Source: an uncultured Alphaproteobacteria bacterium
GTDB lineage: Bacteria > Pseudomonadota > Alphaproteobacteria > Rhizobiales > Aestuariivirgaceae
Direction of reading: 5' to 3'
Assembly: GCA_963831645.1 (NCBI GenBank)
Contig: CAWHQZ010000028.1
Coordinates: forward strand, 627,035-691,034
DNA length: 64,000 nt
In this document: piece after piece, positions 52,029 to 63,675 of the stretch
How the letters are laid out: every line of letters begins with the position of its first letter
How positions within the stretch are numbered: the stretch's first letter is position 1
Notes under the pieces: generated by a model
Seen by the model: the letters and a program-made list of their open reading frames with translations, nothing else
Database searches by the model: none
What the model was told of the DNA's origin: nothing
Made by a program: the position numbers and the translations under genes

Positions 52029-53110
52029 GTGTGGTCCGCAATGGTGCGAATGCCAGTCTTTGATCCCATCGAATACCTTGTTTCTCGTCGTTACCCGGCT
52101 TGGAAAATCGAGCTTCCAAATTTTCACAGCTTGGCTGAAGCAGAATCGATCGGAAGGCGAAGAAAGTCGCGCGAGAAAGCACTCGCCTATGAGCAGGAAC
52201 TTCGGTGCAAAACGCCGGAGGAGATCAACGACCTAGTGAAAGCCGAGAAGGCGGCCGAGGTTGAACAACTGCGGCGAAAACAAGAAGCTGAGGAAAATGC
52301 CCGCTTCTTCAATCAACCCGCGGCAAGGGCCGATTTCACGCACTGGGGCAGGCTTTCCTACTGGACGCTCGATGAAGCGGTAGCGCTGTCCTTTGGCCGG
52401 GCGCCCGAGAGCGTGAACTGGAAGGTAATCGAAGCCATCGAAGCCTACACAAACATGTCTCCTTTCGCGTTTCAGTACAACCGCCGGCGGCAGCTAGCAC
52501 TGAGGGCGAAGGCATCTTCCGAGCTTTACGATCCTGTAAGGCCCGGTTTCTTCATAGCCTGGGCCAAGAGGCTCGACTGGGACATTAAGCCAAGCCTGGA
52601 AGCTGTGGTCGCGGTGCGCGGAGGGCAGATAGGAGATTGGAAGACGGCTTATGAGAACGAGAGGGATGCTCATGCGAAGACCATGGAATGGGCGAAGTCA
52701 AAAATTGGCGAGGTAATGGATTCCGCAAAGCAACATCAGGCGGATGCTTTCGAGTCGGCGAAGCAGTCCCAAGCGGAAGCTTTCGAGATCGGGCGCCAAG
52801 TTGTGGCGGAGCGCGACGCCGAAATAGCGCAAGCTGCAGGAGGTCCTGCGCGCGGCGGAGGCGCGAAAAATCGTACAGGAGAATCAGATTGCGAAGGTGC
52901 CGTCACCGGATGCAAGTTCGCGCGAGCGGGAAAGCATGCTTCGCCTTATTATAGGGATGGCGATTAAAGGTTACACCTATGACCCTGCTGCGGCAAAGAA
53001 CCGGCCGGTCAAAGAGATTGCTGATGACCTCCAGTTCTCGGTATCGGTTTGGACGAAGATACCGTCCGTAAATATCTCCAGGAGGCCAAGGGTCTCATTC
53101 CTCGCGAAAC
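52029..53110 (+). CDS. hypothetical island protein; frame break near 52880
   Basis: Charged/coiled N-terminal part. C-terminus ...MLRLIIGMAIKGYTYDPAAAKNRPVKEIADDLQ... is in a second frame. Confidence 0.35.
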
Positions 53111-53221
53111 CGAATAACGGGTGCTGAAACCGAACTCGGTTTCAGTCAAACCGAATACGGCCACCGAGTCGGCTGCACTTCCTAGAACGGCTTCATCCTC
53201 AACTGGATGGAGTCGCACCCC

Positions 53222-53426
53222 GATGAATACCGCTGAATTGCCGAGTACCGGCTTCCTTCGCCAGCCTTCCATCATCGCCCCGAATGGACCAATCCCGGTT
53301 AGCCGCTCCACTTGGTGGGCAGGCGTCAAGGAAGGCCGCTACCCCAAGCCGGTGAAGCTTGGCCCTCGAATTACCGCTTGGCGCGTGGAAGACATCCGCG
53401 CCCTGATCGAGAAGGGCGCCGCCTGA
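53222..53426 (+). CDS. alpA: AlpA-family phage/island transcriptional regulator (excisionase-like HTH)
   Basis: MNTAELPSTGFLRQPSIIAPNGPIPVSRSTWWAGVKEGRYPKPVKLGPRITAWRVEDIRALIE is a canonical AlpA motif. Confidence 0.75.
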
Positions 53427-53427
53427 C

Positions 53428-53946
53428 ATGACCCGTCGCCGCGCGTCGGCCCGGCGGGTCAAGAAGCACTTGAGCTACACGGCAGAAGAGGCGGCGGACG
53501 TGCTGGGCGTCCATCGCCATACCGTGCGGCGCTGGATCACCTCCAAGGCCCTTCCGGCGCTGACCGACAAGAGACCGCATCTGATCCTCGGCCGCGACCT
53601 TCAGGCCTTCCTGTTCGCTCCCTCACCCGGCCGGGCAAGGCTGAAGCCGGGCGAATTCTACTGCGTCAAGTGCCGCCTTCCGAAACGGCCGGCACTCGGC
53701 ATGGCGGACTACATGCCGATCAACGACCGCATCTGCAATCTGCGGGGCATCTGCCCCGACTGCGAAATCCTGATTTACCGCCGCGTCGCCCTGGACAAAC
53801 TTGACGCAGTTTCCGGCGATCTGGAGATAACGCGCCCGCCCACGGAGCAACACCTATTAGAGCGCTCCCGCCCCTCCATAAATGTTGACTTTGGAGAGAC
53901 CCGACATGACCCGATCAAAGCACTGCGTCGAAAACAAGCGGATTAA
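53428..53946 (+). CDS. HTH-domain protein with C-terminal Cys-rich (zinc-ribbon-like) segment
   Basis: TAEEAADVLGVHRHTVRRWI HTH, then CVKCRLP...CPDCEI. Its 3' end overlaps the integrase start. Confidence 0.45.
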   Translation: MTRRRASARRVKKHLSYTAEEAADVLGVHRHTVRRWITSKALPALTDKRPHLILGRDLQAFLFAPSPGRARLKPGEFYCVKCRLPKRPALGMADYMPINDRICNLRGICPDCEILIYRRVALDKLDAVSGDLEITRPPTEQHLLERSRPSINVDFGETRHDPIKALRRKQAD

Positions 53947-55005
53947 GCGCCGTTACCTGCAATGGCTGAAGGACGCTAAGGGATACGGCATCGCCTCCAC
54001 CGACATGGCCGCGGCAGCTATCGCCCGATTCGAAGGCTATACCGGTCACCGCGACTTCAGGCGTTTCCATGTGGAGCAGGCGCGCGGTTTCAAGGCCCAT
54101 CTCACCGGCAAGGCGAAGGGTGCCCGATCCGGCGAACCCCTGAGCAGGGCGACGGTGGCATCCACCCTGAGACAGCTCAAGGCCTTCTTCACATGGCTTG
54201 CCGATCAGCCGGGCTACCGGTCCGCCATCCGCTATGCGGACGCGGCCTATTTCACTCCAGCGAGCCAGGACGAGCGGATCGCCAGCGGCGTGCGCTTCAG
54301 GCCGATACCTGAGCCGGAGGAGATCGAGAAAGTCCTGCGCGCCATGCCGGATGACACCGAAATTGCCAAGCGGGACAGCGCCCTCATCGCCTTCATCTTC
54401 CTGACCGGGGCGCGCGACCGGGCGGTTGCATCGCTGAAGCTGAAGCATCTGGACATCGAAACTGGCAAGGTTTTTCAAGATGCCCGCGAAGTCAAAACTA
54501 AGCGCGCCAAGACCTTCGTGACGCAGTTCTTCCCCGTTGGCGAACTGCCCCCCACCATAGTCAGGGAATGGGTAGACTTCCTGAAAACCAAGGGCTTCGG
54601 TCCTGATGACCCTCTGTTCCCGGCGACCGAAGTGGTGCTTCATGGCATGGTGCAGTCCGCGACCGTCGGACTTTCCCGCGGCACTGGCAGACGACGACGC
54701 CGATCCGCAAAATCTTCAGGACAGCCTTCGCTCGCGCTGGGCTTCCCTACTTCAATCCTCACAGCTTCCGGTCAACCCTCGCCCGGCTTGGCGAGAGGCT
54801 TTGTGGCCCCGGGGAGGAATGGAAGGCGTGGAGCCAGAATCTTGGCCACACCGATATGATGACGACATTCTCAAGCTACGGGCACGTGCCCGAGCACCGG
54901 CAATGCGACATCATCACCAATATCGGGCAGCGGAAAAAGGAGCCGGACGATCTCGCATCGGTCATTGCCAGCGCCATTCGCAGCTCGGGCATAAAGGCGG
55001 CGTGA
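53906..55005 (+). CDS. int: tyrosine site-specific integrase; at least one frame break (about 54640-54700)
   Basis: N-terminal SAM-like domain in frame 2. Catalytic C-terminus FNPHSFRSTLARLGE...NLGHTDMMTTFSSYGHV (R..H..R..Y) is in frame 1 and ends at 55005. Confidence 0.7.
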
Positions 55006-55831
55006 GCTGGCCCGCCCCCCGTTTCCTTTCGAACGGAACATCTTAGCGCATCATTGATCGTATGTTCAGTCGTCGCCATCGGAACCGAACCTGCCCCCTG
55101 ATCCCAGTGGGTACAGATATTCCCGAAATCGATAGCGCCGCAAAGAAGGTTATGCCCAGCCGTGCTCCCGAACAGGCCCCCAACCGTCAGCAAACGTCGG
55201 TATATTTGACGGTATATTTGAAGTTATTGATCATTAAACCTAATAGTTACAATATGTTGTGCTGACTTGTCGAGTCACGCATGCGCACCATTCTTGCACA
55301 ACGTCAGCCAAGACCATCGGGGTCGAACGCCTACAGCGGATCGCCTGCGGCGAAGATGGCGCAAGCGAAGCTGCTCGATCGTCGTATCCCTCGGGGCTTG
55401 GTCGCCCGTCTCGCTCTCCTTCGGGTTGCTTGCCCGCTTGGAGAGCTTGCCGGCGGGCGGAGCGGAGGATTGCACGTCCTGTCGTAACTCCGTACGGGCC
55501 GTCTCTTTGGTCATAGCTCGCGTCGGCATCGAAGAACTCCTTCCTGGGGCAGATAGATCCCTCGTAAGCAGCGTATCGACGCGATTTCGTGCCGGCTGTG
55601 ATAAATCTCACACGCCCGCGCGACTCGGCCCAACGGCCATGCGGCGGACAAACGAACAAACCCGTCGCCAGGCGTTTGCATGTTTCGGGTCGCTGGCCGC
55701 GATACGGAGCAGACGCTCGTGAACTGGAACGTGGTAGGAAGAGATCTCCAGGCTTTGGCCGTTTCGGGACAGCGCGAGTGGGACCGGCCTATCGGCTGAC
55801 CGAAGTCATCAACCGCAGCGAATACAAGTCT

Positions 55832-55993
55832 TCAGCCGGTCTTGGCGCCTTCGTCCGGCAGCTGCTCGGGGTCGCGGGCAACTTTGCGTTTGGCCGCCTC
55901 TTCTTCGCGGCGCTGCAGCTTTTCGTCTCTCTTGCGCTGCTTGGCGCGAGTTCGCTCGCTGCGCAGCTGCCTGTAGCTGGGCTTGAAAGCCAT
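55832..55993 (-). CDS. small highly basic/charged protein (53 aa), unknown function
   Basis: MAFKPSYRQLRSERTRAKQRKRDEKLQRREEEAAKRKVARDPEQLPDEGAKTG. Preceded by a strong RBS GAGGAGG 6 nt upstream. Confidence 0.45.
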   Translation of the reverse strand: MAFKPSYRQLRSERTRAKQRKRDEKLQRREEEAAKRKVARDPEQLPDEGAKTG

Positions 55994-56261
55994 AGGATCC
56001 TCCTCTTGCTGGACGACCTGCCGCCTTCCTTGCACTCGGCGTTGGCCGGGCGGGGCAAAATCCACACCAACGTTCCGGCAAAGAAGATTACTTCGCCGTA
56101 GGGAAAATGCAGCAAGATTCCACGCCCGGGAGCGTGAATGGCAGGTGCTGGAACGACGATGCCGGAAAGCACTGCCTGCCGGCGCCGTCTGGCGGCTAGA
56201 AATCCATGTCAAGCACTAACGCCAGGCCGGCTGGCCAGCGCATTTTTTTGGCGAAACTTAC

Positions 56262-56471
56262 CTAAACCGCCTTGAGGTTTTCCGCCGATGTCTTGCCGCG
56301 CTTGGGGTCGCGTTGTTCCTCGTAGGAAATCTTCTGGCCTTCGTTCAGGCTGCTCATGCCGGCTCTTTCAACCGCCGAGATGTGGACGAAAACGTCCGAT
56401 CCGCCGCTGTCCGGCTGAATGAAACCAAAACCCTTGTTGACGTTGAACCACTTTACAGTTCCGACAGGCAT
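56262..56471 (-). CDS. cspA: cold-shock protein, CspA family
   Basis: [34 protein letters not shown]...; RNP1/RNP2 motifs; RBS GGAGGA. Confidence 0.9.
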   Translation of the reverse strand: MPVGTVKWFNVNKGFGFIQPDSGGSDVFVHISAVERAGMSSLNEGQKISYEEQRDPKRGKTSAENLKAV

Positions 56472-56707
56472 CACCTTCCTCCAATTCAGTCGCTGGCGCC
56501 GCATCGCGTGAGCGGCACATCAAACTGTACCGCAAAACGGCAAGGAACCAGCGTCTTGTGGCAAGGCTCGCCGGCAATCCAACCAGAATGACGCACTCTT
56601 AATAGGGTTACCGGGCATTATTGCAAGACCGAAAAATCGTAGGCCCGCTTGGGCACGGCTGCAGAAACGGCTTATTATATCGGCAGCGGATAGAGATAGG
56701 ACAGCAC

Positions 56708-56890
56708 ATGCAATTCACCGTAGGCCTCAAGCTCAAGGGCAAGTCGCGTCACATGGCGGTCACCGCTGAAGACGCGCTCATAGCCGCGCTCAAGGTAAAG
56801 ACGGAATACCCGGAGGCCCGCATCGTCTATGTCCGTCCACAGAACCGCCGCGGTGACGCGCGCCATCCACCCGTTGCCCACGAGGACTGA
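56708..56890 (+). CDS. small hypothetical protein (60 aa)
   Basis: MQFTVGLKLKGKSRHMAVTAEDALIAALKVKTEYPEARIVYVRP.... A weak AGGA 8 nt upstream. Confidence 0.35.
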   Translation: MQFTVGLKLKGKSRHMAVTAEDALIAALKVKTEYPEARIVYVRPQNRRGDARHPPVAHED

Positions 56891-57017
56891 CAACAATAGG
56901 GCGGAGCCTGACCGGACCTGGACCAGCGCGCCTGCTTGACAAGTGGTATATTTGCTCCCCCTAATAGCAAAAGCTCAGCAAACTGCGATCCTCCAACGAG
57001 GGTGGCAGACGATCGCC

Positions 57018-57686
57018 ATGAGTCTCCGGGATGGGTTCGAACTCGTCATCTTCGACTGCGACGGCGTTCTCGTCGACAGCGAGGTTCTCGCCGCCCAGTG
57101 CCTGTCGCACCTACTGACACACTACGGAATGGCGACATCGATGAGCGATGTGTTCAATGACTACCTGGGAGCCAACTTCAGGATTGTCCAGAACGCCTTC
57201 CGGCGCGCCGTGGGGCGACCGCTGCCCCAGCGCTTCCAGGCGGAGTTCATGGCTGACCTGGCGCGCCGCATCTCGGCTTCGCTGAAGCCGGTCAGAGGAA
57301 TTGAAGACGTGCTTACGCGCCTGGGAATTCTCTCGTGCGTCGCTTCATCGAGCCAGCGGGCGCGGATCGCCCACTCGCTGGCGGTCACCGGTCTCGATCG
57401 CTTCGGGCTGCGGATATTCGATGGCTCGATGGTGGCGCGGAGCAAACCTGAGCCTGATCTTTTTCTCCACGCCGCCCAGTGCATGGGAGCGACGCCCGCC
57501 CGGGTGCTGGTGGTCGAGGACAGCGTGAAGGGTGTCACGGCGGCGAAGGCGGCCGGGATGACCGTGTGGGGGTTCATCGGCGGCAGCCACTACGCGCACC
57601 TCGACGGGAACGCGCTGCTCGCCGCCGCCGGCGCCGACCGCGTATTCCGTGACATGAGGGAGTTTGCCGCGGATCGGGATCGCTGA
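57018..57686 (+). CDS. HAD-superfamily hydrolase (beta-phosphoglucomutase-like subfamily)
   Basis: Motif I VIFDCDGVLVDSE; C-terminal VEDSVKGVTAAKAAGM. Confidence 0.75.
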   Translation: MSLRDGFELVIFDCDGVLVDSEVLAAQCLSHLLTHYGMATSMSDVFNDYLGANFRIVQNAFRRAVGRPLPQRFQAEFMADLARRISASLKPVRGIEDVLTRLGILSCVASSSQRARIAHSLAVTGLDRFGLRIFDGSMVARSKPEPDLFLHAAQCMGATPARVLVVEDSVKGVTAAKAAGMTVWGFIGGSHYAHLDGNALLAAAGADRVFRDMREFAADRDR

Positions 57687-58656
57687 ATGGGCGGCGACAA
57701 TGAGAGCTCGAACTCGATGACGCGGCCCGGGCCGGCTGGCTCTACTTCATCGCCGGCAATACCCAGGGCGAGATCGCCAGGAAACTGAATGTCTCTCGCC
57801 CGACGGCGCAGCGCCTCGTCTCGCTGGCTCTCTCCGCGCGCCTGATCACCTTCCGCCTCGAGCATCCGATTGCCGCCTGCATGGCGCTCGCGAGGGACCT
57901 GAAGGATCGCTTCGGCCTGGTCTACTGCGAAGTCGTGCCGACCAATTCGGAGGCGCCTTCCTCGGCCGCCGGCATCGCCAAGAGCGCGGCAGCGTTTCTC
58001 GAGCATCGGCTGCGCTCTGACGTCCCGGCCATCATTGCCCTTGGAACGGGACGGGCGCTCAGGGCCGCGGTCGAAGAGCTGCCGGCGATGAGCTGTCCCA
58101 GCCATCAACTGGTTTCCCTGGTCGGCAATATTTCGCCCGATGGCTCGGCGAGCTTCTATGATGTGCTGACCCGCATGGCGGAATCTGACCCAGGCGCCGC
58201 ATTACCCCATGCCGCTGCCGCTGTTCGCATCGTCCGCCGAAGAGCGCGATCTGTTTGCCAGCCTGTCCACGGTCAAGAAGGTGCGCACTCTCGCACAGCG
58301 GGCCGACTTGACGCTGGTCGGCGTCGGCCAGATCGACCTCGAGGCGCAGATCTACGTGGATGGTTTCGTCAGCCGCGGCGATCTACTGGAATTCATCCGC
58401 AACGGCAGCATCGGCGAAATCGTCGGTTGGTGTTTCGACGCTAAAGGGGAAGATCGTCGGCGGCCCCTCGCGCGACAGAATCACCAGCGTGCCGCTGGAG
58501 ATCCCGGCCAAGAGGCTCATCGTCGGCGCGGCCGTCGGCGCCGCCAAGGCAGCGGCGATCCGAGCCGCTGTCACCGGCAGGCTGCTGAGCGGGCTCATCA
58601 CCGATGAGCAAACCTCGAGGGCAATTCTCCGCCTTGACGCAAAGTCAACCGTGTGA
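57687..58656 (+). CDS. SorC-family sugar-binding transcriptional regulator (polyol operon regulator); about three frame breaks
   Basis: HTH LDDAARAGWLYFIAGNTQGEIARKLNVSRPTAQRLV plus a sugar-binding domain, spread over ORFs 57881-58444, 58209-58607 and 58360-58656. Confidence 0.6.
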
Positions 58657-58704
58657 GAGCATTTGCTTGCAAAAGGAGCAAATGCTCCAGTTAGGGAGGA
58701 AGTC

Positions 58705-60020
58705 ATGAAGCGTCTAGCAGGCATTATCCTCGGTGCCGTGTCGTTCCTCGCTGCCGGAATGGCTGCGGCGGAGACCAAGCTCACCATCGCTACCGTAAAC
58801 AACGGCGACATGATCCGCATGCAGGGTCTGACCGAAGATTTCACGGCCAAGAACCCGGACATAACCCTCGAGTGGGTGACACTCGAAGAAAACGTTCTGC
58901 GCCAAAAGGTAACCACCGACATCGCAACCAAGGGCGGACAGTTCGATGTGCTGACGATCGGGACTTATGAGGTGCCGATCTGGGCTGGCAAGGGGTGGCT
59001 CGTACCCCTCGAGAACCTCGGCGCCGACTATGACGTGGACGATCTCCTGCCGGCCATACGGGCCGGCCTCAGCCACGAGGGCAAGCTCTACGCAGCGCCG
59101 TTTTACGGTGAAAGCTCCATGGTGATGTATCGCAAGGACCTCATGGAAAAGGCGGGGCTCACCATGCCGGACGCGCCGACGTGGGAGTTCATCGCCGAGG
59201 CGGCGCGAAAATGACCGACAAGGCAAACGAGGTCTATGGAATCTGCCTGCGCGGCAAGGCCGGCTGGGGCGAGAACATGGCCTTTCTTTCGGCAACGGCG
59301 AACTCCTTCGGAGCCCGCTGGTTCGATGAGAACTGGAAGCCGCAGTTCGACCAGCCGGAGTGGAAAAAGACCATGGACTTCTATGTGAGATCTGATGAAA
59401 GACGCCGGGTCCTCCCGGCGCCTCCTCCAACGGTTTCAACGAGAACCTGGCGCTGTTCAACTCGGGCAAATGCGGCATGTGGATCGATGCCACGGTAGCC
59501 GCCTCGTTCGTGACCAACCCGAAGGAATCAAAGGTGCACGACAAGGTCGGTTTCGCGCTCGCCCCCGATACGGGTCTGGGCAAGCGCGGCAACTGGCTGT
59601 GGGCATGGTCGCTCGCCGTTCCGGCCGGTTCGCAGAAGTCGGACGCGGCGCAGAAGTTCGTCTCCTGGGCAACCAGCAAGGATTACCTCGGCATCGTCGC
59701 GGCCGAAGAAGGCTGGGCCAACGTTCCACCGGGCACGCGGGCCTCGCTCTACAAGAACCCTGAATATCTGAAGGCGGCGCCGTTCGCGCAGATGACGCTG
59801 AACTCGATCAACTCTCGCCGACCCCACGAAGCCGACCGTAAAGCCGGTGCCTTATGTCGGCGTGCAGTTCGTGGCGATCCCGGAGTTTCAAGGCATCGGG
59901 ACGACCGTCGGCCAGATGTTCTCGGGTGCGCTGGCCGGCGACATGACGGTCGACGAGGCGCTCACCAAGGCCCAGGACGCGGTCACCCGCGAGATGACCA
60001 AAGCAGGCTACATCAAGTAG
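58705..60020 (+). CDS. smoE: ABC transporter periplasmic sugar/polyol-binding protein (SmoE-like); about four frame breaks
   Basis: Signal peptide MKRLAGIILGAVSFLAAGMAAA, RBS AGGGAGGA. SBP family-1 segments are spread over ORFs 58663-59214, 59181-59498, 59477-60181 and a final frame ending ...TKAGYIK. Confidence 0.6.
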
Positions 60021-60105
60021 CCTCACCTCCCCGACTTGCACCGTCCGGCTTCGCCGCCGGACGGCGCCTTTTTGCAAGGCCATCGACAGCGACGAGTGGG
60101 AGCCT

Positions 60106-60978
60106 ATGGCGAGCCGTCACACCACCGCTGCAGCCAATCTTGCGGTCGCCCCCACGGTCGCGGTGCTGTTTCTGTGGATGATCGTGCCGCTGGGCATGAC
60201 CGTTTACTTCTCGCTGCTGCGCTACAATCTGCTCGACCCCGGCACAGAAACCTTCATCGGCCTCGTCAACTACCGCTACTTTCTTACCGATCCGGCGTTT
60301 CTCACCGCCCTCGGCAACACGTCGAAGCTGGTGGGCGCGGTGCTGGCGATCAGCGTGGTTGGCGGCGTGCTGCTGGCACTGCTGCTCGATCAGCCGTTTT
60401 TCGGGAGGGAAATCGTGCGCCTCATGGTGATCGCGCCATTCTTCGTCATGCCCACGGTAAGCGCGCTCGTATGGAAAAACCTGCTGATGCATCCGGTTTC
60501 GGGCTTCTTCGCCTGGATCGCGAAATCGCTGGGCCTGCAGCCGATCGACTGGTTCGCCGACGCGCCGTTGACGGCAGTCAGCCTGATCGTGGCGTGGCAG
60601 TGGTTGCCGTTCGCGACCCTAATTCTGCTGACCGCGGTTCAGTCGCTCGACGAAGAACAGAAGGAGGCGGCTGAAATGGACGGAACGCCGCCCTTGTCCT
60701 TCTTCTTTCATATCGTGCTGCCTCATCTGGCACGCCCGATCACCGTGGTCATCCTGATCGAGACGATCTTCCTGCTCAATGTGTTTGCAGAAATTCTGGT
60801 GACGACGGGCGGCGGACCGGGGCAGCAGACGACCAACATTCCGTTCCTCGTCTATGCCCAGGCGCTCCTGCAGTTCGATATCGGAGGGGCCTCGGCGGGC
60901 GGCATCATCGCCGTGGTGATTGCCAACATCGTGGCCTTCTTCCTGGTCCGGATGATCGGCCGCAACCTGGAGGGCTAG
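60106..60978 (+). CDS. smoF: ABC transporter permease (SmoF-like, MalF-type)
   Basis: Intact 290 aa with the EAA-loop region. Confidence 0.75.
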   Translation: MASRHTTAAANLAVAPTVAVLFLWMIVPLGMTVYFSLLRYNLLDPGTETFIGLVNYRYFLTDPAFLTALGNTSKLVGAVLAISVVGGVLLALLLDQPFFGREIVRLMVIAPFFVMPTVSALVWKNLLMHPVSGFFAWIAKSLGLQPIDWFADAPLTAVSLIVAWQWLPFATLILLTAVQSLDEEQKEAAEMDGTPPLSFFFHIVLPHLARPITVVILIETIFLLNVFAEILVTTGGGPGQQTTNIPFLVYAQALLQFDIGGASAGGIIAVVIANIVAFFLVRMIGRNLEG

Positions 60979-60983
60979 CAGAC

Positions 60984-61812
60984 ATGGCTCGGGCGCTGTC
61001 GGTGAGACGAAGGATGGTAACCACGCTCGCGGCATGGACGGCCGGCTTCGTCATCTTCTTTCCGATACTGTCGATGTCCCTCACGAGCTTCAAGACCGAG
61101 CTCGACGCCTTCTCGACGCCGCCGCAGTTCCTGTTCTTCGACTGGACAGTCGAGAACTACGCAATCGTCCAGGAACGCTCCGACTATTTCCGCTTCGCAA
61201 TGAATTCCATCGTGCTGTCGTTTGGAGCCGCATTGCTGAGCCTGCTGTTCGCAATTCCGGCGGCGTGGTCCATGGCATTCGCCCCGCGCAAGCGGACCAA
61301 GGACCTGCTGATGTGGATGCTGTCGACCAAAATGATGCCGCCGGTCGGCGCGCTGATACCGATCTACCTGCTGTTTCGCGACGGCGGTCTTCTCGATACC
61401 CGCATCGGCCTGATCGGCGTTCTGTTCCTTCTCGACCTGCCGATCGTCGTGTGGATGCTCTATACCTATTTCAAGGAGATTCCGGGTGAAATCCTGGAAG
61501 CCGCCCGCATGGACGGCGCTTCGCTGTGGAACGAGCTCGTGTATGTTCTCGCTCCCATGGCGGTGCCCGGCATCGCGTCCACCTTGCTGCTCAACATCAT
61601 TCTGACCTGGAACGACTCGTTTTCGACGCTCAACCTGACGACCTCGGATGCAGCGCCGCTGACCGCCTTCATCGCATCCTACTCGAGCCCCGAGGGGCTG
61701 TTCTGGGCCAAACCGTCGGCTGCCTCGACCCTCGCCATCGCGCCGATCCTGGTCCTTGGCTGGCTGGCGCAGCGCCAGCTGGTGAGGGGCCTCACTTTTG
61801 GGGCCGTCAAAT
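60984..61812 (+). CDS. smoG: ABC transporter permease (SmoG-like, MalG-type)
   Basis: Six TM segments with EAARMDGAS loop. The ORF track reads through into the ATPase gene, so the native stop is probably obscured by an indel near 61800-61815. Confidence 0.65.
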
Positions 61813-61841
61813 GGTCGCCAACTTGTGAGGGCTCGCACCCA

Positions 61842-62880
61842 TGGGCACAATCGTTCTCAAGCGTGGAAAAGAGCTTCGGTGAAGTCGTCATCATTCCGGG
61901 CGCCGACCTGACGATCGACGACAACGAATTCGTGGTGTTTGTCGGTCCCTCGGGCTGCGGCAAGTCCACGCTGCTGCGGCTGATCGCGGGGCTCGAGGAC
62001 CTGAGCGGGGGTGACATCTTCATCGACGGCGTGAGCGCCCGTCAACGTGCCGCCGGCCAAACGCGGACTGTCGATGGTGTTCCAGTCCTACGCGCTCTAT
62101 CCGCACATGAGCGTGCGCAACAATATCGCTTTCGGCCTGAAAATGGCCGGACAGTCGAAGGAAGAAATCGCCGCCAGGGTGGGCAAGGCGGCGCAGGTCC
62201 TCAACCTCACCGAATACCTCGACCGCAAGCCCAGGCAACTGTCCGGCGGCCAGCGCCAGCGCGTAGCCATCGGACGGGCGATCGTCCGCGAGCCGAAGGC
62301 GTTCCTGTTCGATGAGCCGCTGTCCAATCTCGATGCCGCGCTCCGGGGGCAGATGCGAATCGAGATCATGCAGCTTCACCAGTCGCTGGGGGCGACGATG
62401 ATCTATGTCACCCACGACCAGGTGGAAGCCATGACGATGGCGGACCGCATCGTAGTTCTCAACAAGGGCAACATCGAACAGGTCGGCTCGCCACTGGAGC
62501 TGTACAACCAGCCGCAGACGCTGTTCGTCGCCGGCTTCATCGGCTCGCCCAGCATGAACTTCGTCACCGGGCAGGCAGCGCAAAAGCTTCGCGCTCACAC
62601 GGCCGGGATACGTCCCGAACACATCGCGATCGACAAGAAAAGCGGAACCTGGCGGGGAACGGTGGAACTGGCGGAGCACCTCGGGGCGGACACCATCCTG
62701 CACGTGGAGACCCAGCTCGGCCGCCTCACGGTCCGCACGCCCGGCGAACTCTCGGTCGCGCCGGGCGACAAGTTATGGCTGACACCCATCGCCGACCGCC
62801 TCCATCGCTTCGACAGCGACGGCAAAGCACAACGCAACGGATCGGGAGGATATCGACGGGGGCGCGATGTATCTGGATAA
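61842..62880 (+). CDS. smoK: ABC transporter ATP-binding protein (SmoK/MalK-like); two frame breaks (about 61870 and about 62040)
   Basis: Walker [14 protein letters not shown]-loop, signature [14 protein letters not shown], Walker [11 protein letters not shown], and the MalK-type C-terminal regulatory domain. Confidence 0.75.
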
Positions 62881-63645
62881 GCTGAAGCTCGAAGGCAAGG
62901 TCGCGGTGGTTACCGGGGGCGGACAGGGGATAGGTGCTGCCTGCTCACGGGCGCTCGGCGAAGCGGGGGCGCAGGTGATCGTCGCCGACCTGCTGGAGGA
63001 ACGAAGCGAGGCGTGCGCTGCCGGGCTGCGCGAGCTCAAGATCAAAGCCCACGGCATGCGGCTCGACGTTACGAAATCGAAGGAGGTCGACGCAGCGTCG
63101 GCGGCGGTGTGAAGAACCACGGCCAGGTCGACATCCTCGTCAACAATGCCGGCGTCGCCAACAGCGACGTCAGGGCCGAGGACACCAGCGACGAGCATTG
63201 GCGCTTCCACATGGACGTGAACGTCGACGGATTGTTCTGGTGTTGTCGCAGCTTTGGGCGGGCGATGCTGCGGCAGGGCTCGGTGGGGGATCGTCAACGT
63301 CGGATCGATGTCCGGCTTCATCGTCGACGAAACCGCAGCCGCAGGCGTTCTACAACGCTTCGAAAGCCGCGGTCCATCATCTCACGCGATCGCTCGCTGC
63401 CGAATGGGCGAGGCGCGGCGTGCGCGTGAACGCGGTGGCTCCGACCTACATCGAAACGCCCCTGACTGCCTTCGGCATCAAGGAAAATCCGGAAATGTAC
63501 AAGACCTGGCTCGAGATGACTTCCATGGGGCGGGTGGGCCAGCCGGACGAGATCGCATCGGTTGTGCATTTCCTCGCTTCCCGACGCGGCGAGCCTCATG
63601 ACCGGGGCGATCGTCGCCGTCGACGGCGGCTATACCTGCTGGTAG
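62867..63645 (+). CDS. short-chain dehydrogenase/reductase (sorbitol dehydrogenase-like); two to three frame breaks
   Basis: [10 protein letters not shown] cofactor motif, [20 protein letters not shown] catalytic YxxxK; spread across three frames. Confidence 0.65.
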
Positions 63646-63675
63646 CATACGTTCGGTCATCGGATCGCCGTGTCG

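Noticed and set aside
55000-55300. Searched for an attR-like direct repeat of the tRNA-Phe 3' end after the integrase
   Set aside because: Only a weak partial match (GCCCCCTG...) was found by eye, which is not convincing. The indel-prone sequence makes the search unreliable, so the island end is left undefined.
56221-56250. Short hairpin GCCAG-GCCGG-CTGGC followed by T7 near the cspA 3' end, considered as a terminator
   Set aside because: The T-run is on the plus strand, but the adjacent gene (cspA) is on the minus strand, where it reads as an A-run preceding the hairpin. The stem is only 5 bp and no plus-strand gene ends nearby. Orientation and function are ambiguous.
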